A program made the position numbers and the translations under genes. A stretch of DNA of 64,000 bases from Octopus vulgaris (Eukaryota), in NCBI GenBank assembly GCA_951406725.2, contig OX597817.1:7750001-7814000 (forward strand). The letters are read 5' to 3'. The notes beneath the pieces are model-generated. The model saw only the letters and a program-made list of their open reading frames with translations, did not search any database and was not told the DNA's origin. This document shows positions 11,678-25,436 of the stretch, one piece after another (within the stretch, counting starts at the first letter, position 1; every line of letters starts with the position of its first letter).

Positions 11678-11888
11678 CTTGTGTGTGTGTTTGTCTCCCA
11701 CCTTAGCTTGGCAACTGGTGCTGATGTGTTTACGTCCCCGTTACTTAGCGGTTCGGCAATAATCAAGAAGAGTAAGTACCAGTCTTTAAAAAAAATAAGT
11801 ACTAGGGCCGAAACATTCGACTAAAACCTCATGGTGGTGCTGCAGCATGGCCGCAGTCAAGTGACGAAAACAAGTAAATGGTAAAAGA
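11425..11888 (+). mobile_element. tRNA-derived CORE-type SINE with internal (TG)n
   Basis: tRNA-like head, CORE-like GCACCTTAGGCAAGT, and tail GGTGGTGCTGCAGCATGGCCGCAGTCAAGTGACGAAAAC. Homologous to the copies at 16645, 20146, 20661 and 61095. Confidence 0.88.
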
Positions 11889-11949
11889 TATATAATTCGA
11901 TGCGTCGAATGATTTTTTTGTTAATTTCTCGTGTAGACATCGCCAACAA

Positions 11950-12130
11950 AGATTTGCTTTAACATTGGATCAGCTGCTTCTACCAATCTCAGAACTCTTA
12001 ACGATAACAACTTTTCGACCACCTCCTGTCTTGCATTGAGGACATCTATCCCACTTCACTTCCATCCACTATAATCGTCCTCTGTGACTTCAACGTTCAC
12101 AACTCATCTCGACCACCACACTTATTCTGC
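11950..12130 (+). mobile_element. Decayed LINE AP-endonuclease fragment
   Basis: Reads ..PSTIIVLCDFNVHNSS, similar to the APE GDFN motif. Confidence 0.45.
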
Positions 12131-12203
12131 GTCGTACTACTGGCGCAGACATAAAATATCTTTTGTAGTTTTGTACGTTCTTTAATTAGTATTATCGTTC
12201 ATA

Positions 12204-12237
<34 letters not shown>

Positions 12238-12339
12238 TGCGTGCGCGATTGTGCGAATATTTATGCTAAAGGGGGTTGGGCAAATTTTGCTGGATGAATA
12301 AAAGTAACAAGCTTTTACTCATCTTTCTCGATAAATTCG

Positions 12340-13055
12340 AATCGCACAACAGCTGTGATATACAGCGCCATTTTGCGCATTGCTGCACAATTTCCTTTAC
12401 TTGCACTGAATAACAAAGTTTTATGCCGTACTTTGCAACGATGTGTTGCATAGTGTTATAATTTATTGTGCAATTTTGCACATCGCTATTCTGAGTCAAA
12501 CTATGTTGCAAATCGTTTCCTTATGCCGTGCTATGTTGCAATGTGCTTCGCAGTTATAATATGCTACGCAGTTATAATGTGCTACTTAATGTTGCGCTGA
12601 GTTACTTAATTTTATAATGTATCATGTTCTGCTGCACGGTGCTTCATACTGTTGCTATGTGTTATGTTATGTTGCATAGTCTTGCGCTCTTTTATACTGT
12701 GTTATATGTCCTACTATGTTACACTGTGTTACGTCGTTTTACTGCATTAGGCCGTGTTACGCTATTTTCTGCTATGTTGTGCTGTGTTACGCTGTCTTAC
12801 GTTGCATTACTCCGTATAATGCCTATTTTGTGCTTCACAAATTAACGCAGTGTTGTGCTACGCAATTTAGTAATATTTTACGCTGCAGTGTATTGTATTT
12901 ATCCTGCGTTAAGCTGTTGTGATCCTGAGTTAAGCTGCTGTGTTGCGCGTCGTTACACTTTTACTTGTTAGTGTACTGTGTAGTGTTGTGTTAAGCTACG
13001 GTATATTATGTACGGTGCTGCTCAGTTTTGTGTTGTGTTATGCTGTGTTGTATTT
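12340..13055. repeat. Highly degenerate 5-bp-periodic repeat (TGTTA/TGCTA/TGTTG)
   Basis: Runs such as ATGTGTTATGTTATGTTGCAT and GTGTTGTGTTATGCTGTGTTG. Confidence 0.75.
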
Positions 13056-13254
13056 CCCTCGTTAATTAAACCTTTAATTAGACTGGTATCGGTTAAGCTA
13101 TCTAGTATGAAATTGAATTATATCGGGGTGTTGCATACAAAGTGCCGGATTTGTAAGTGTTAATTTCAAACTTAATTCCGACAATTTATATGAAACACTC
13201 TGATTAAATGACCTCGGAAAATTCTTCTTCACCTCTACCACAACGTTTAAAGAC

Positions 13255-13406
<152 letters not shown>

Positions 13407-14291
13407 TAACATGCATACACTCTAATGAACATCATTTAAACAGTAAAAGTAGAAATTAGTACAACACCTGTATACACAACAGTAAAATCTAGCGATTTAA
13501 CAGTAAGAGATCTCCTGAAACTCTGAGAGCAAAGGCTATTCTATGTGGTCCAGGCGTGGCTGGATTGACGTACTTGGGAGAGAAGCATTAATCGTATCAT
13601 TAGAAAGTTATGCATGGTTGGATATTTTGCAAACTTGGAAATATTAATAAAATAAAGAGTGACCTCTTCTAGTGAAAGGTACATCACATCCCACTTCGAA
13701 GAATATCATACATTTATGCTAAATATTTTATGCATAAGAAAGATAACGACGCTTCGAAACCTCGATGCAGTGAAAGAAAATCTCGGTCGTATCATACTAA
13801 TGTGGAAGATATCCCGTTCATCATAATCAGCTACTCATAAAATAATATTATTTTGAGTTTGATTGTTAATATTATTATTGTTGTTATTGACTAGATTTGT
13901 AGTGGACTGTCGGTTGTGGTTGAATATCTTCATAGTGTATTGTTTATTTGCACCTTTCTTTAATTTATGGGGCGTAAATATTTCTTACTTTCCATTAGTA
14001 AATAATTTTCGCCATTATATCATTTTTATATATATTGATAGTTATAAGTTACGATAGATATTATTATATCTGTTTATTTAGATTTTTTATAAAGGGATCT
14101 AACGTATTACATTTAATTTAATTTGAGAATTAATTTTGTTAGACAATATATTATTTAATTATTAGGTGGTATATTTATTTAAGTAGTATTAAATTTAAGA
14201 TAATTACGTATTTTATTAATTGATATTTAGTCCACTATATTGTAGAGTTATATATGAAATCTATAGATACTACATATATATATTAATTATA

Positions 14292-14679
14292 GGGGGGAAG
14301 CACTCCGTCGGTTACGACGATGAGGGTTCCGGTTGATCCGAATCAACGGAACAGTCTGCTCGTGAAATTAACGTATAAGTGGCTGAGCACTCCACAGACA
14401 CGTGCACCCTTAACGTAGTTGTCGGGGATATTCAGCGTGACACAGAGAGTGACAAGGCCGGCCCCTTGAAATACAGGTACAACAGAAACAGGAAGTAAGA
14501 GTGAGAGAAAGTTGTGGTGAAAGAGTACAGCAGGGATCACCACCATCCCCTGCAGGAGAATCGTGGAGCTTTAGGTGTTTTCGCTCAATAAACACTCACA
14601 ACGCCCGGTCTGGGAATCGAAACCGCGATCCTATGATCGCGAGTCCGCTGCTCTAACCACTGGGCCATTGCGCCTCCAC
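14292..14679 (-). mobile_element. tRNA-Arg-like SINE with Ceph-type domain, 12-bp TSD
   Basis: Minus head GGAGGCGCAATGGCCCAGTGGTTAGAGCAGCGGACTCGCG..GTTTCGATTCCC and body GTGTCTGTGGAGTGCTCAGCCACTTATACGTTAATTTCACGAGCAG. ATATTAATTATA at 14280-14291 and 14680-14691. Near-identical to 23601-23983. Confidence 0.92.
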
Positions 14680-14844
14680 ATATTAATTATATAGTTAGCT
14701 TATTCAATGAGTTTGTCTATATTTGAACCATTTCTTATTTTGATTACAATATTAATGACTTGTACTAGCATTGTGTATATTAATTAATTTTAAAATATTG
14801 AATAATTTAAGTATTGTTTTTAGTTTTCACTTAATGTATACTTA

Positions 14845-14884
<40 letters not shown>

Positions 14885-14890
<6 letters not shown>

Positions 14891-15520
14891 CGTTCAGCAC
14901 AATGGTTGGAAAAGATCCACTCCTATTTTATTGCAAGACGACTCCAGACCACACATCGCAAAAATGACAAAGACGAGCCACCAAAACACAGTCCAAAAAG
15001 TAAAATTCATCAAAAGAAGCTGATGGTGTTTGTTTGGTGATCTGACGCATTATGATTTCATTGAACCAGGCTCATCAATCACGGCTGAAGTATACTGCAA
15101 CAAACTGGACCAAATGATGCAGAAGCTTAGATTAGTCACTCCTATTTTATTGCAAGACAACGGCAGACCACACTTCGCAAAAATGATATTGGCGAAACTA
15201 CAGGAGTTGGAGTTGGAAGTTCTCTAACACCGACCATACTCACCTGTTCTTCCCCCACTGACTACCACTTCTTCCAGAATTTGGATAACTTTTTTGATAG
15301 GAAAAATTTTTAATTCCGACGATGCTGTGAAACAGGGCTTCCAAGATTTTATTGACTCTAGATTGCCAGGCTTTTACAGTTCCTGGCTAGACATGCTACT
15401 GCTGAAATGGCAAAAGTGTATTGCCAATATGGGTACATACTTTGATGAATGAAACTGTCCCCTGTATTTACAAAACATTAGCAAACTTTATTTCTCCAAA
15501 TTTCATACTTGACGAACTAA
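14885..15520 (+). mobile_element. Mariner (DD34D) transposon relic, 3' half with TIR
   Basis: Reads PILLQDNGRPH..EVL*HRPYSPVLPPTDYHFFQNLDNFL..KWQKCIANMGTYFDE*. Ends TTTCATACTTGACGAACTAA|TA. Segment 14918-14968 is duplicated at ~15138. Confidence 0.9.
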
Positions 15521-15678
<158 letters not shown>

Positions 15679-15744
15679 TCTAATTTTATATACATGTATT
15701 ATATATTGAATTTTTCCCTGTAAGTTTGGAATGATATTCCCTAA

Positions 15745-15784
<40 letters not shown>

Positions 15785-16091
15785 GAGTGAGAGAGCAGTG
15801 CATGCCATCAAAGTGACACTGGGGTAAAATATACGAAACCCAGTATACCCATCATGACTACCCGTCTGATAAGGGTACACTAGGCACATGCATCACAACC
15901 ATATGTGCGCGACATGGTGACCTCATATTAAGATAAACAGCACATGACCTTGCAGGTGGGGCCCAGTTAGAATTTTCTTCTGGTCGAGTAACTCATCCCG
16001 CTCAAAAGGTCCCTGAATAAGGGTTGTTTAAGGATGTTGAACGAACCACCCATGTTTCCAAAGGTGAATTATTCAAACCCCAAAGAATCCC
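15785..16091 (-). mobile_element. Interspersed element embedded in an (ATT)n tract, probably the 3' end of a retroposon with an (AAT)n tail
   Basis: About 305 bp of higher-GC sequence with (ATT)n immediately on both sides (15744-15784 and 16092-16258). Identity and strand are inferred. Confidence 0.55.
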
Positions 16092-16131
<40 letters not shown>

Positions 16132-16185
16132 TTAGTAGTAGTAGTAGTAGTAGTAGTAGTATCATTATTATTATTATTATTATTT

Positions 16186-16261
<76 letters not shown>

Positions 16262-16644
16262 GCATCATATATAATATAATCCTTAGAGTTGTTAAGATGT
16301 CTGCGAATGCTTAGATATACTCAGTGTGTTTGACAGCAGAATATTGTTCTTATATTTCAATTGTTTCCTGCAACTTGAAAATTGCCTTACCTGGAACTGT
16401 GCTCATGTGTTTCAGCTTCTTCATAGGATAACTTTCACGAACTGAATGTAGGTACAGCTGTGCTGGTCTTTCGATGAAACGTTTTGCAAGATTTAAGTAA
16501 ACATTTAAATATTACTATATGCAATCATACAGAGAAAGAAAAAAGAGAATGTGTGTGTGTGTGTATGTGTGTGTGTGCGTGTATGTGTGTGCGTGTGTGC
16601 ATCATGAGACAGAGAAAAAATATTATGCGTGTATATATATATAT

Positions 16645-17055
16645 AGGCACAGGAGTGGCTGTGTGGTAAGTATCTTGTTTACCAACTACATGGTTCCGGG
16701 TTCAGTCCGGCTGCGTGGCACCTTGGGCAAGTGTCTTCTACTATAGCCTCGGACCGACCAAAGCCTTGTGAGTGGATTTGGTAGACGGAAACTGAAAGAA
16801 GCTCGTCGTATATATGTATATATATATATATATGCGTGTGTGTGTTTGTGTGAGTGTGTTTGTCCTCCTAGCATTGCTTAACAACCGATGCTGGTGTGTT
16901 TATGTCCCCGTTACTTAGCTGTTCGGCAAAAGAGACCGATAGAATAAGTACTGGGCTTACAAAAAGAATAAGTCCCGGGGTCGAGTTGCTCGATTAAAGG
17001 CGGTGCTCCAACATGGCCGCAGTCAAATGACTGAAACAATTAAAAGAGTAAAAGA

Positions 17056-17057
<2 letters not shown>
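16645..17057 (+). mobile_element. Full-length tRNA-derived CORE-type SINE
   Basis: A box TGGCTGTGTGG, B box GGGTTCAGTCC, CORE-like ACCTTGGGCAAGT, internal (TA)n(TG)n, and tail ending TAAAAGAG repeats. Confidence 0.92.
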
Positions 17058-17099
<42 letters not shown>

Positions 17100-17100
<1 letters not shown>

Positions 17101-17690
17101 TAGATACGTTTCGACCAAAGATTGGTCCAGGCCATAACTAGTTTAATAGCGCTACCTGATAGGATTATCTAAATCCTTTTTAAGTCAAGTTTTGTGGTGT
17201 CGTGGTCCATTCAAATAGAGAGTTCTTATCGAGTAAGTTGTATCCAGGTATAGGTGGCTTATCTGGTATTCCTTGAAGAAATTTGTCCAGATTCGGTTTA
17301 AAGGTGATGGGATCCTTTTCCCCTTTGGTCTGTTTCGGGAAAGTGTTAAATAGGGCAGGGCCTGTTGAAGAAAAGAAATTGTGTTGCAATGTATTTACTT
17401 ACTGTGATCCTGAACTGGGTAAAGGACCCTTTGTGGAAGTTTATGTTATCAAATAAGTGCAGTGGAATGGGATTGGCTAGTTTGGTTTTGATAAAGTTGC
17501 AGAGTATCATGTCGTGGTCCGAGAGGAGAGTTTCTTTCAACTGAAATACTGTGGATGGAGCTAGCGTAGTTGGTTAACATTAGATCCAAGGTCGTTCGTT
17601 TTATTCTGTCTTATTGGTTCGAGCACTAACTGTGTCAGGAAAAATTCATCCATTAGTTTAAAAAGTAAATTTGCTATTACTTTGTCTAGT
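17100..17690 (-). mobile_element. Internally deleted CR1-group LINE (endonuclease fragment fused to 3' end)
   Basis: Minus reads FLTQLVLEPIRQN..DL and LSDHDMI (APE), joined to FFSSTGPALFNTFPK..FKPNLDKFLQGIPDKPPIPGY..NSLFEW and a 3' UTR. Confidence 0.8.
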
Positions 17691-18337
17691 GCATATACAC
17701 ACACACACATACATAGATGATTACAAGCACACATAAATACACATACGCATACGTGAACACGCGCATACTTACACACACTTTAAAGAAAGGCTCCTTTCAC
17801 ATATATATGACGTCAACAATGTGCGCTGTAAAACTTTTGAAAAACGCATATACGCAGCGTCAGCGAGTGTTAACCTTTGCGGTCGCTCGAACTGCAAGAA
17901 AAAAGGAAAAGCCAAATATTTATCAAATCATAAAATAACGTCATAAAATCTGAATTGACTTATTAGAAAATGTAGTCCTACAATATGATACTGAGATTAC
18001 AAAGCAACTTGATTTGAGGCTTACCTGGGGCTGAAACTAAAACTAGCATAAATGATCATAGCTGTATGTGTGTATATGTGTGTACGTCCATGATATTAAA
18101 TGAGATTATTGCATCTCTATCACACTACTTCCCTGTTCTACGTAGATTGTACCGATTCCTGGTGTCATTCCATTTCGCTAAAGTTTAAGTTTCAATTAAA
18201 CTTGTGTGAAGTCCAAACGTATAAATAGACTAAGCGTCTGTAGGAAACTACAGAAATAAAAATGATAAAACGAGATAGATATATTACTATCTACGTAATA
18301 AATTTTTGCATAAGTGTATGCTTGTGCGCGTTTGTTC

Positions 18338-18566
<229 letters not shown>

Positions 18567-19067
18567 AATGTGTAAGTGTGGATTGGTGAAATTTTTGTCT
18601 ACAAAATGGGTATTCAATGCATAAATTATAGTGTGCATATTTTATTAAAAGCTAACGTTCGTGTTTCCTATATTTAGAATTAGAAGAGAGGAGTATGGAA
18701 GCGGCGAAACAATTTATTAGCGAGAATATTTGCAATCACATCGAAATATAATGAACCGTCAAGACATCAAGTTTTGATTGCTTGCCGTAAAGAAAAGAGT
18801 TAGAGGCGTGACACCGTAATGAAAGCCTGAATGTGTGAAGTGTTGATCTTACTGGTTCAGGGTTCTTGTCGAGATATCTGGTACAGTCCTTTCTTCCAGA
18901 CCAATGTGACAGAAGGAAATTAAAACTTAACAGTTTTCTCAATAAACAATCAAATTTAACTTATACTTTATCATTGAGTTTGCGAATATTTTTGCTTACA
19001 CATCGCTACACTCCTTCTCTTTTAATCGTTTCGTTGACTGGAAACGTGGAAGTAAAATTGTTATGAA

Positions 19068-19335
19068 TGATGACAACCACCCACCATCCTTTGGTTATGA
19101 TTGACCATGGAATTGCACCAAGAAAGTTGCCCTCTGAAGCACTATTCCGGACAGGATTGTTTATGGAAGACCAGCAGTCACCCATGCATTCCAGCCTCCC
19201 CTCTCCACGTCACCAACGTTATCCAAGGGAAAGGGTGAAATAAAGCGTCTTGCTCAAGAGTACAATACAGCCCGGTTCAGGAATTGAACACGCTACCTCA
19301 TGATTGTGAGCCCGAAGCTCTATCCCCTGAGCCTT
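19068..19335 (-). mobile_element. Degenerate tRNA-derived SINE, possibly with an RTE-like tail
   Basis: Minus head GGCTCAGGGGATAGAGCTTCGGGCTCACAATCATGAGG..GTTCAATTCC, followed by CTTGAGCAAGACGCTTTATTTCA. A related older copy lies on plus at ~60500-60720. Confidence 0.65.
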
Positions 19336-20017
19336 CACAGATAATGCAAAAAGTAAAATACGATAAAAAAAATTCAGCTTCTCCTCATATTATGTACAGA
19401 ATACTCCCCACCCAATCCCCAGACAGATGCAATAATTTACATTGTTTCACTGCTTATATACTTTATACCAAGTTTTTGAGGAAGTGAAAATTGGAAACTA
19501 AAAACTACACCTTCTAATATGTATGTAATTATTTATTGTTCTCCATAAAAATTATATGTCTTAGTGAAAGCAACAAAACATAATTACACACTCACACATA
19601 CAGAGGTACATATAAATACACACATATATATATGTACAAGTATATTTAATAATTCGTTATGTGCAACAGAAGCTGTCATACACGACGAATTTTTATTCAG
19701 CTTCTCGCCCAATTGCGACATTTTTGAGTTTTCAGTCACTGTTTTGCTATATCAGTAACAAAGAGTTTTGCTTTAGCATGCGGTTACGAGTGGATATTTA
19801 CTACTTACTAAATCCAAGGAGGCAGGACGCTCATTTAGCAATGCTACCAACGCTGCTGGACTATAGCTGACTATATCTGCTAGCTGCCGATATATTCCTG
19901 CGTGTTTTAACACTTTATGCCTATAAGATATGCTTCCTCAAAACAAATACCGCTATAAATCTGGCTTCCAATAATGTATCTGCTTTAAGTATGATACACA
20001 GATTGTTCTCTCGCTTC

Positions 20018-20065
<48 letters not shown>

Positions 20066-20078
20066 TACAAACATACAT

Positions 20079-20145
<67 letters not shown>

Positions 20146-20347
20146 TGCGCAAGCGTTGTTGCGTGGTAAGAAGGTTGCTTCCCAACCACATGTTTCCGGG
20201 TTCAGTCTCACTGTATGACACCTTGGGCAAGTATTTTCTACTATAGCCTCGGGCCGACCAAATCCTTGTGAGTGAATCTAGTACACGGAAACTGAAAGGC
20301 GGTGCTCCAGCATGGCCGGAGTGAAATGACTGAAACGAATAAAAGAA
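20146..20347 (+). mobile_element. Internally deleted CORE-type SINE
   Basis: The head (..GGAAACTGAAAG) is joined directly to the tail (GCGGTGCTCCAGCATGGCC) at a shared AAAG. Confidence 0.85.
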
Positions 20348-20660
20348 TATATATATATAGTGAAAAGGTTCGAAAGAAGATTCTACGTGATGAACTGTAG
20401 TAAAAAAAAAATAGGCCTTGGCAAGATTTGAACTCAAAGGCTGCAACAAATTTATCAGATCCAATATTATAACAATTCCCCCAAATAAACGACTTTCGGT
20501 TCATTCTTTACTTCCTCCGAAAGAATGAAACATAAACTTGACTTCAGTAGGGTTTGATCTCAGAACATAGAAACTCTAAAAACAGGTAATATTACTGACT
20601 ATACTGTGCCATTTTTAGAACAATGAAAATTCCCTCGTCTGAAAATGAAATATTTCTAAT

Positions 20661-21073
20661 ATCTTCTTTATCTTTATCTTTTACTTGTTTCAGTCATTTG
20701 ACTGCGGCCATGCTGGAGCACCGCCTTTAGTCGAGCAAATCGACCCCGGGACTTATTCTTTGTAAGCCCAGTACTTATTCTATCGGTCTCTTTTGCCGAA
20801 CCGCTAAGTGACGGGGACGTAAACACACCAGCATCGGTTGTCAAGCAATGCTAGGGGGACAAACACACAAACACACACACATACACACACACACATATAT
20901 ATATACATATATACGACGGGCTTCTTCCAGTTTCCGTCTACCAAATCCACTCACAAGGCTTTGGTCGGCCCGAGGCTATAGCAGAAGACACTTGCCCAAG
21001 ATGCCACGCAGTGGGACTGAACTCGGAGCCATGTGGTTGGTAGACAAGCTACTTACCACACAGCCACTCCTGC
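20661..21073 (-). mobile_element. Full-length CORE-type SINE
   Basis: Close reverse complement of 16645-17057. Confidence 0.92.
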
Positions 21074-21106
21074 AAATATTTGTATCAAAAGGCATTTACA
21101 ATAAAA

Positions 21107-21138
<32 letters not shown>

Positions 21139-21148
21139 GCAGGCAGGC

Positions 21149-21183
<35 letters not shown>

Positions 21184-21195
21184 TAGATAGATAGG

Positions 21196-21265
<70 letters not shown>

Positions 21266-21474
21266 TGAAAAGTTCCTAGCTTTAAGGGTGACACGAAAGG
21301 CCTGGTCGGAGGCCCAACCTTCCGAGTTCTTTAAAGAGCTTAGAAAAAACTGAAGGACCGCTGCAGTAAGTGTGCTAATCTGAGAGGAGAATATGTTGAA
21401 TAAAACCATAATTAATTGATCATTCAGTAGTTTCTGTTACCCAAAGCCAGGAACTTTTCAGCACCCACCTCGTC

Positions 21475-21505
<31 letters not shown>

Positions 21506-22010
21506 GTATGTGTGTACATTTTTCATCTATATATGTGCGTATATGTGTGTGTATTCTTTGTTTGGCTATTAACATATTTACGAGTTGTACTATAATTAAC
21601 TCTACTACAATTATGTTCGACTAGCGAGGAAGATGTTTATCAGCTGAAGCAGAAACAATATGCATTTATCTGCCACAATAATTTTCACAAACATCATTTA
21701 ACATAAAAACATTATACAAATGAAAACAGACAATATAATAATGCATTAGAAATTATGCATAGACGTCTGCTTTTAGTTGATAGTCTGATAATGATGCGAG
21801 TTAATAAGGTATACTGACCTATGCTAAAGCGTTGAATGGAAAATTACACAAGGTCAAACTTTATCTCTACTCTGCTAATCGAACGGTTGGATTTATTGAG
21901 AGTCTTCCAGACGATATGACATTGTGCCCTGGAAATGACATGATATATCTTTGTAGAATATTCGAATGGAAGATGAGAGCGTGAGAAATCAAATCAGGAA
22001 AAGATATTTG

Positions 22011-24638
22011 CTGCTGTTGTTGTTGTTGTTGCTGTAATTGTTGTTGGGGTAATTGTTGTTATTGTCATATACCCCAAGCCAATTCTGATGATACCAATGA
22101 TCAAAGCGTTTCAGCTATAGCCATTCCGTATTTTATTCTGATATAGTATGCATAGTAGCATCCTAAGAAAGCAGATATATTCTGCGTTAGCGAAAAGAAA
22201 TGCAAATAGTTTAGTGGATAAAAGTATTAAACGGGAGGAGTTAATTCTAAACGCTGACAACATTAATTTGTGTAGGTCTCCAAGTGGGTCAGTTGTAACG
22301 CAGCCAGACGCACCAATGTTAACAGAAACGTATGAAAATCTGTAGCTTGGTGTTCTTTTCATTTGGTCATCAAAACAATCTTTCTTGTGAAAAGTATTGT
22401 AAATTGTCTTGGTAGAAGTGTCATATCTCATAGGAAAGTACTATCTTGGAAACATTTTGAAATATCTACTGGTCACACAGGTATGACATAATTGACACGT
22501 TCTATCGCAGCGTGGATGTTTAAATGCATCCGTATCATTTTTGTTTAGTAGCTATTTCTTGTTCGTGGATGGCAAAAGTAAACATTTCTAGATAAGCTGT
22601 GTTTTACTTATCGCAGGTCAAGGAGAGACTACCATTCTTGTCAATGTCGTTAGTATTCTCCAGCCTGCGGAATAGGTATTCATGCATAATTTTCTGCTAG
22701 TATGATGAGTGTTTCTCATCAAATTCTGTTTAAGTCAGTCAGTTTATCCGTTCTTAGATCACATGAGAAAACTATGTCCTCGCAGTATTTATTCCTGAGT
22801 TCCTCTGATCTCATGATGCCATTGCCTTTATTAGAGTTTCCATGTGCCACACTTATTTCTCCTTACTGTTCTGCAGGTGTTTTCTAAGTGACAAGATAGA
22901 ACACTCAAAGGCTGTCTTAGGGATGGGCCACTTTTCGTCAACTGGAGGCCGCATCGGGAGAAGGCCGCATGATAAAACACTTATGCATGAAATATTACTT
23001 GCCCACTTTACACAGAACTTTTTGCAGTTCTTCATTTTATTTGTCTTAGTATGAAATTTTATTTGTTTTTAGTATGAAATTAGTAACCTAGAAAATCATC
23101 GAGGTCCTCATGCGGCCCGCGGGATGACTTATATATCTGCCTACATCCCTCCGTTTACAGTAGATCTTATCAGTGTCACAGTTGTTATAGAAGCTTCTAG
23201 TCATAGTTAATATCTTTCTAGTCCTTATGTTCAAGTTGCAGATTTCTTCAAGTTTCCAGTGAAATATCCCAAATATTGATATTAGCATTGGCACTGCGAA
23301 AACATGGTGGAGTATTGTTTTATTGAATGTAAACAAACCTGACTTCCATATCTTCTGAAGAATTCTTTTGTCACAACAGCAACATATGCAGTATTCTCAT
23401 CAGTTCTAATGCATTTGCATAACTCTTCACTAATGATAATGGAGATAGACAGAACATTGATATTTGTGTTCCCTATCTGATCAGCAATCTTTCCTAGTTT
23501 GAGAACTAAATAGGAACACTTCTCCAGGCCAAACGTCACTCCTATGAGAATGTTGTGACCGGGTCTAACTCCTTCTCAATGTTATGAATATTACTCAAGT
23601 GGAAGCACTCCGTCGGTTACGACGATGAGGATTCCGGTTGATCCGGATCAACGGAACAGCCTGCTCGTGAAATTAACGTGTAAGTGGCTGAGCACTCCAC
23701 AGACACGTGTACCCTTAACGTAGTTCTCGGGGATATCCAGCGTGACACAGAGAGTGACAAGGCCGGCCCTTTGAAATACAGGTACAACAGAAACAGGAAG
23801 TAAGAGTGAGAGAAAGTTGTGATGAAAGAGTACAGCAGGGATCACCACCATCCCCTGCCGGGGCCTCGTGGAGCTTTTAGGTGTTTTCGCTCAATAAACA
23901 CTCACAGCACCCGGTCTGGGAATCGAAACCGCGATCCTATGATCGCGAGTCCGCTGCCCTAACCACTGGGCCATTGCGCCTCCTGTAGGTAAAAACCAAG
24001 GCCGAAACCTACTGTCCATAGCACACCATAAGACATCAACAAACAAGGTGTGGACGAAGCAAATCTTTCATCTGCAGCCTCTGCCATGCTGCCTTTGTAT
24101 CTCCTTAGCAAGGCTAGCAAAGTATCCAGAGCTAGGGCGGAAAGTATTACAGATAAGCAGTCATCGTGAAATATTTCTGTTGATAGCCTTATTCTGCTAG
24201 TGTCTATAGTGCCAGCCTCAGTTCTTAACGATATTTCTGAGGACCATGTTGTTCCCAACCTCTTAATGGCATTTACTACAGGAGCTGGAACCTTAGCAAC
24301 GCGTAGCAACACTATTCTCCATGAGTGGGGAAAATAGTCAGTCTAGTTTTACAATCAGCAGGCTTCAGCAGTGCTGGTTCTCTTGCTTAAGGACAGTTTT
24401 GTTGAGGAAGAGTCGCTCGGCCCAGCTCTAAAATTCTCTCTTCCCGGCTCTTTTACTACGTTGTGTGCTTTGAAGTGATTCTGGTGGACTGCATTCAAGC
24501 AACGTGTATATAATTTATAGATTACATCCATGCGTGCTATGGAACAGTACCTTTCGGCCTTGGTTTTTGTGCGTGCTGTTTCCGACAAGTGTAGCACATC
24601 AATCTCGGCGTTCATTGCCCTTTGGAGCGGATTAATGG
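22011..24638 (-). mobile_element. Decayed restriction-like-endonuclease non-LTR retrotransposon (R4/Dong-like), interrupted by a SINE
   Basis: Minus fragments in the expected order: YCSIA..IYKLYT, EIFHDDCLSVIL (GIFQGDSLSP-like), MTFGLEKC, RTRKILTM..IYCKRRDVGR, AIHEQEIAT..CQLC, VNIGASGCV, then a (CAA)n-like tail at 22011-22066. Confidence 0.8.
23601..23983 (-). mobile_element. tRNA-Arg-like Ceph-domain SINE nested in the LINE
   Basis: Near-identical to 14292-14679. Confidence 0.92.
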
Positions 24639-24640
24639 GA

Positions 24641-24707
<67 letters not shown>

Positions 24708-24722
24708 CATATATATGTATGT

Positions 24723-24762
<40 letters not shown>

Positions 24763-25398
24763 ACATATATATATATGTATGTATATACATGTATATATAT
24801 ATATGTGTGTGCGTGTGTGTGTATGTATGCATGTATGTATATAAGTATATTTATGTATGTGTATATATGTATGTATGCATGTATATATGTATGTATATGT
24901 ATGTATATATGTATATATATATATATATGTATATAAATATGTATGTATATAAATAAGTATGTATGCTTATGTGTATATATATATATATATATGTGTGTAT
25001 ATATGTATTATATATACATATATATATATATATAATATATCCATATGCATACCTTCACACCACACCACATACCACTACACCATACACCACCATACCACAA
25101 AAACACAACATACAACATCACACCACCACGCACACACTAGCACTGATCACTTCCCAACACAACATCCACACACCTACACATACACACACGCACACGTCAA
25201 GGTCACCAGCCCTCTTCCACACGTACATACATACTCACTTATACACACGCACGCGCACCTTTGTTTTGGGATCACTACCACTTTATTATCTCGCCTTCTT
25301 CCTAGTCCTCCTAAGTGACCCCGATGCCCGGCATTCACCATGATAGATCGCTAGCCACTACACATTCTTTATTTTTTCTCCTTGTTTCTTTCTGTGTT

Positions 25399-25436
25399 CC
25401 TTTCTGTGAAAGAGCGTACGCTCGAAATGTTAAAGG
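25399..25436 (+). ncRNA. Degenerate minimal hammerhead-like motif in a putative pLTR-type repeat (~25255-25450)
   Basis: CCTTT-CTGTGAA-A-GAGC(GTAC)GCTC-GAAA-TGTT-AAAGG. Stems I and II are perfect, but the CUGANGA box is altered. Confidence 0.55.

Noticed and set aside
14605-14677. tRNA-Arg(TCG)-like sequence (also 23910-23983)
   Set aside because: It is the head of a SINE with a TSD and body, not a standalone tRNA gene.
16385-16510. Possible minus-strand exon ending at CAG|GTAAGG (LNLAKRFIERPAQLYLHSVRESYPMKKLKHMSTVP)
   Set aside because: A good donor site, but no convincing acceptor, recognisable protein or partner exon. RNA-seq would be needed.
22085-22116. CTGATGA box near the R4-like LINE 3' end
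   Set aside because: No stem II or correctly placed GAAA box, so not a hammerhead.
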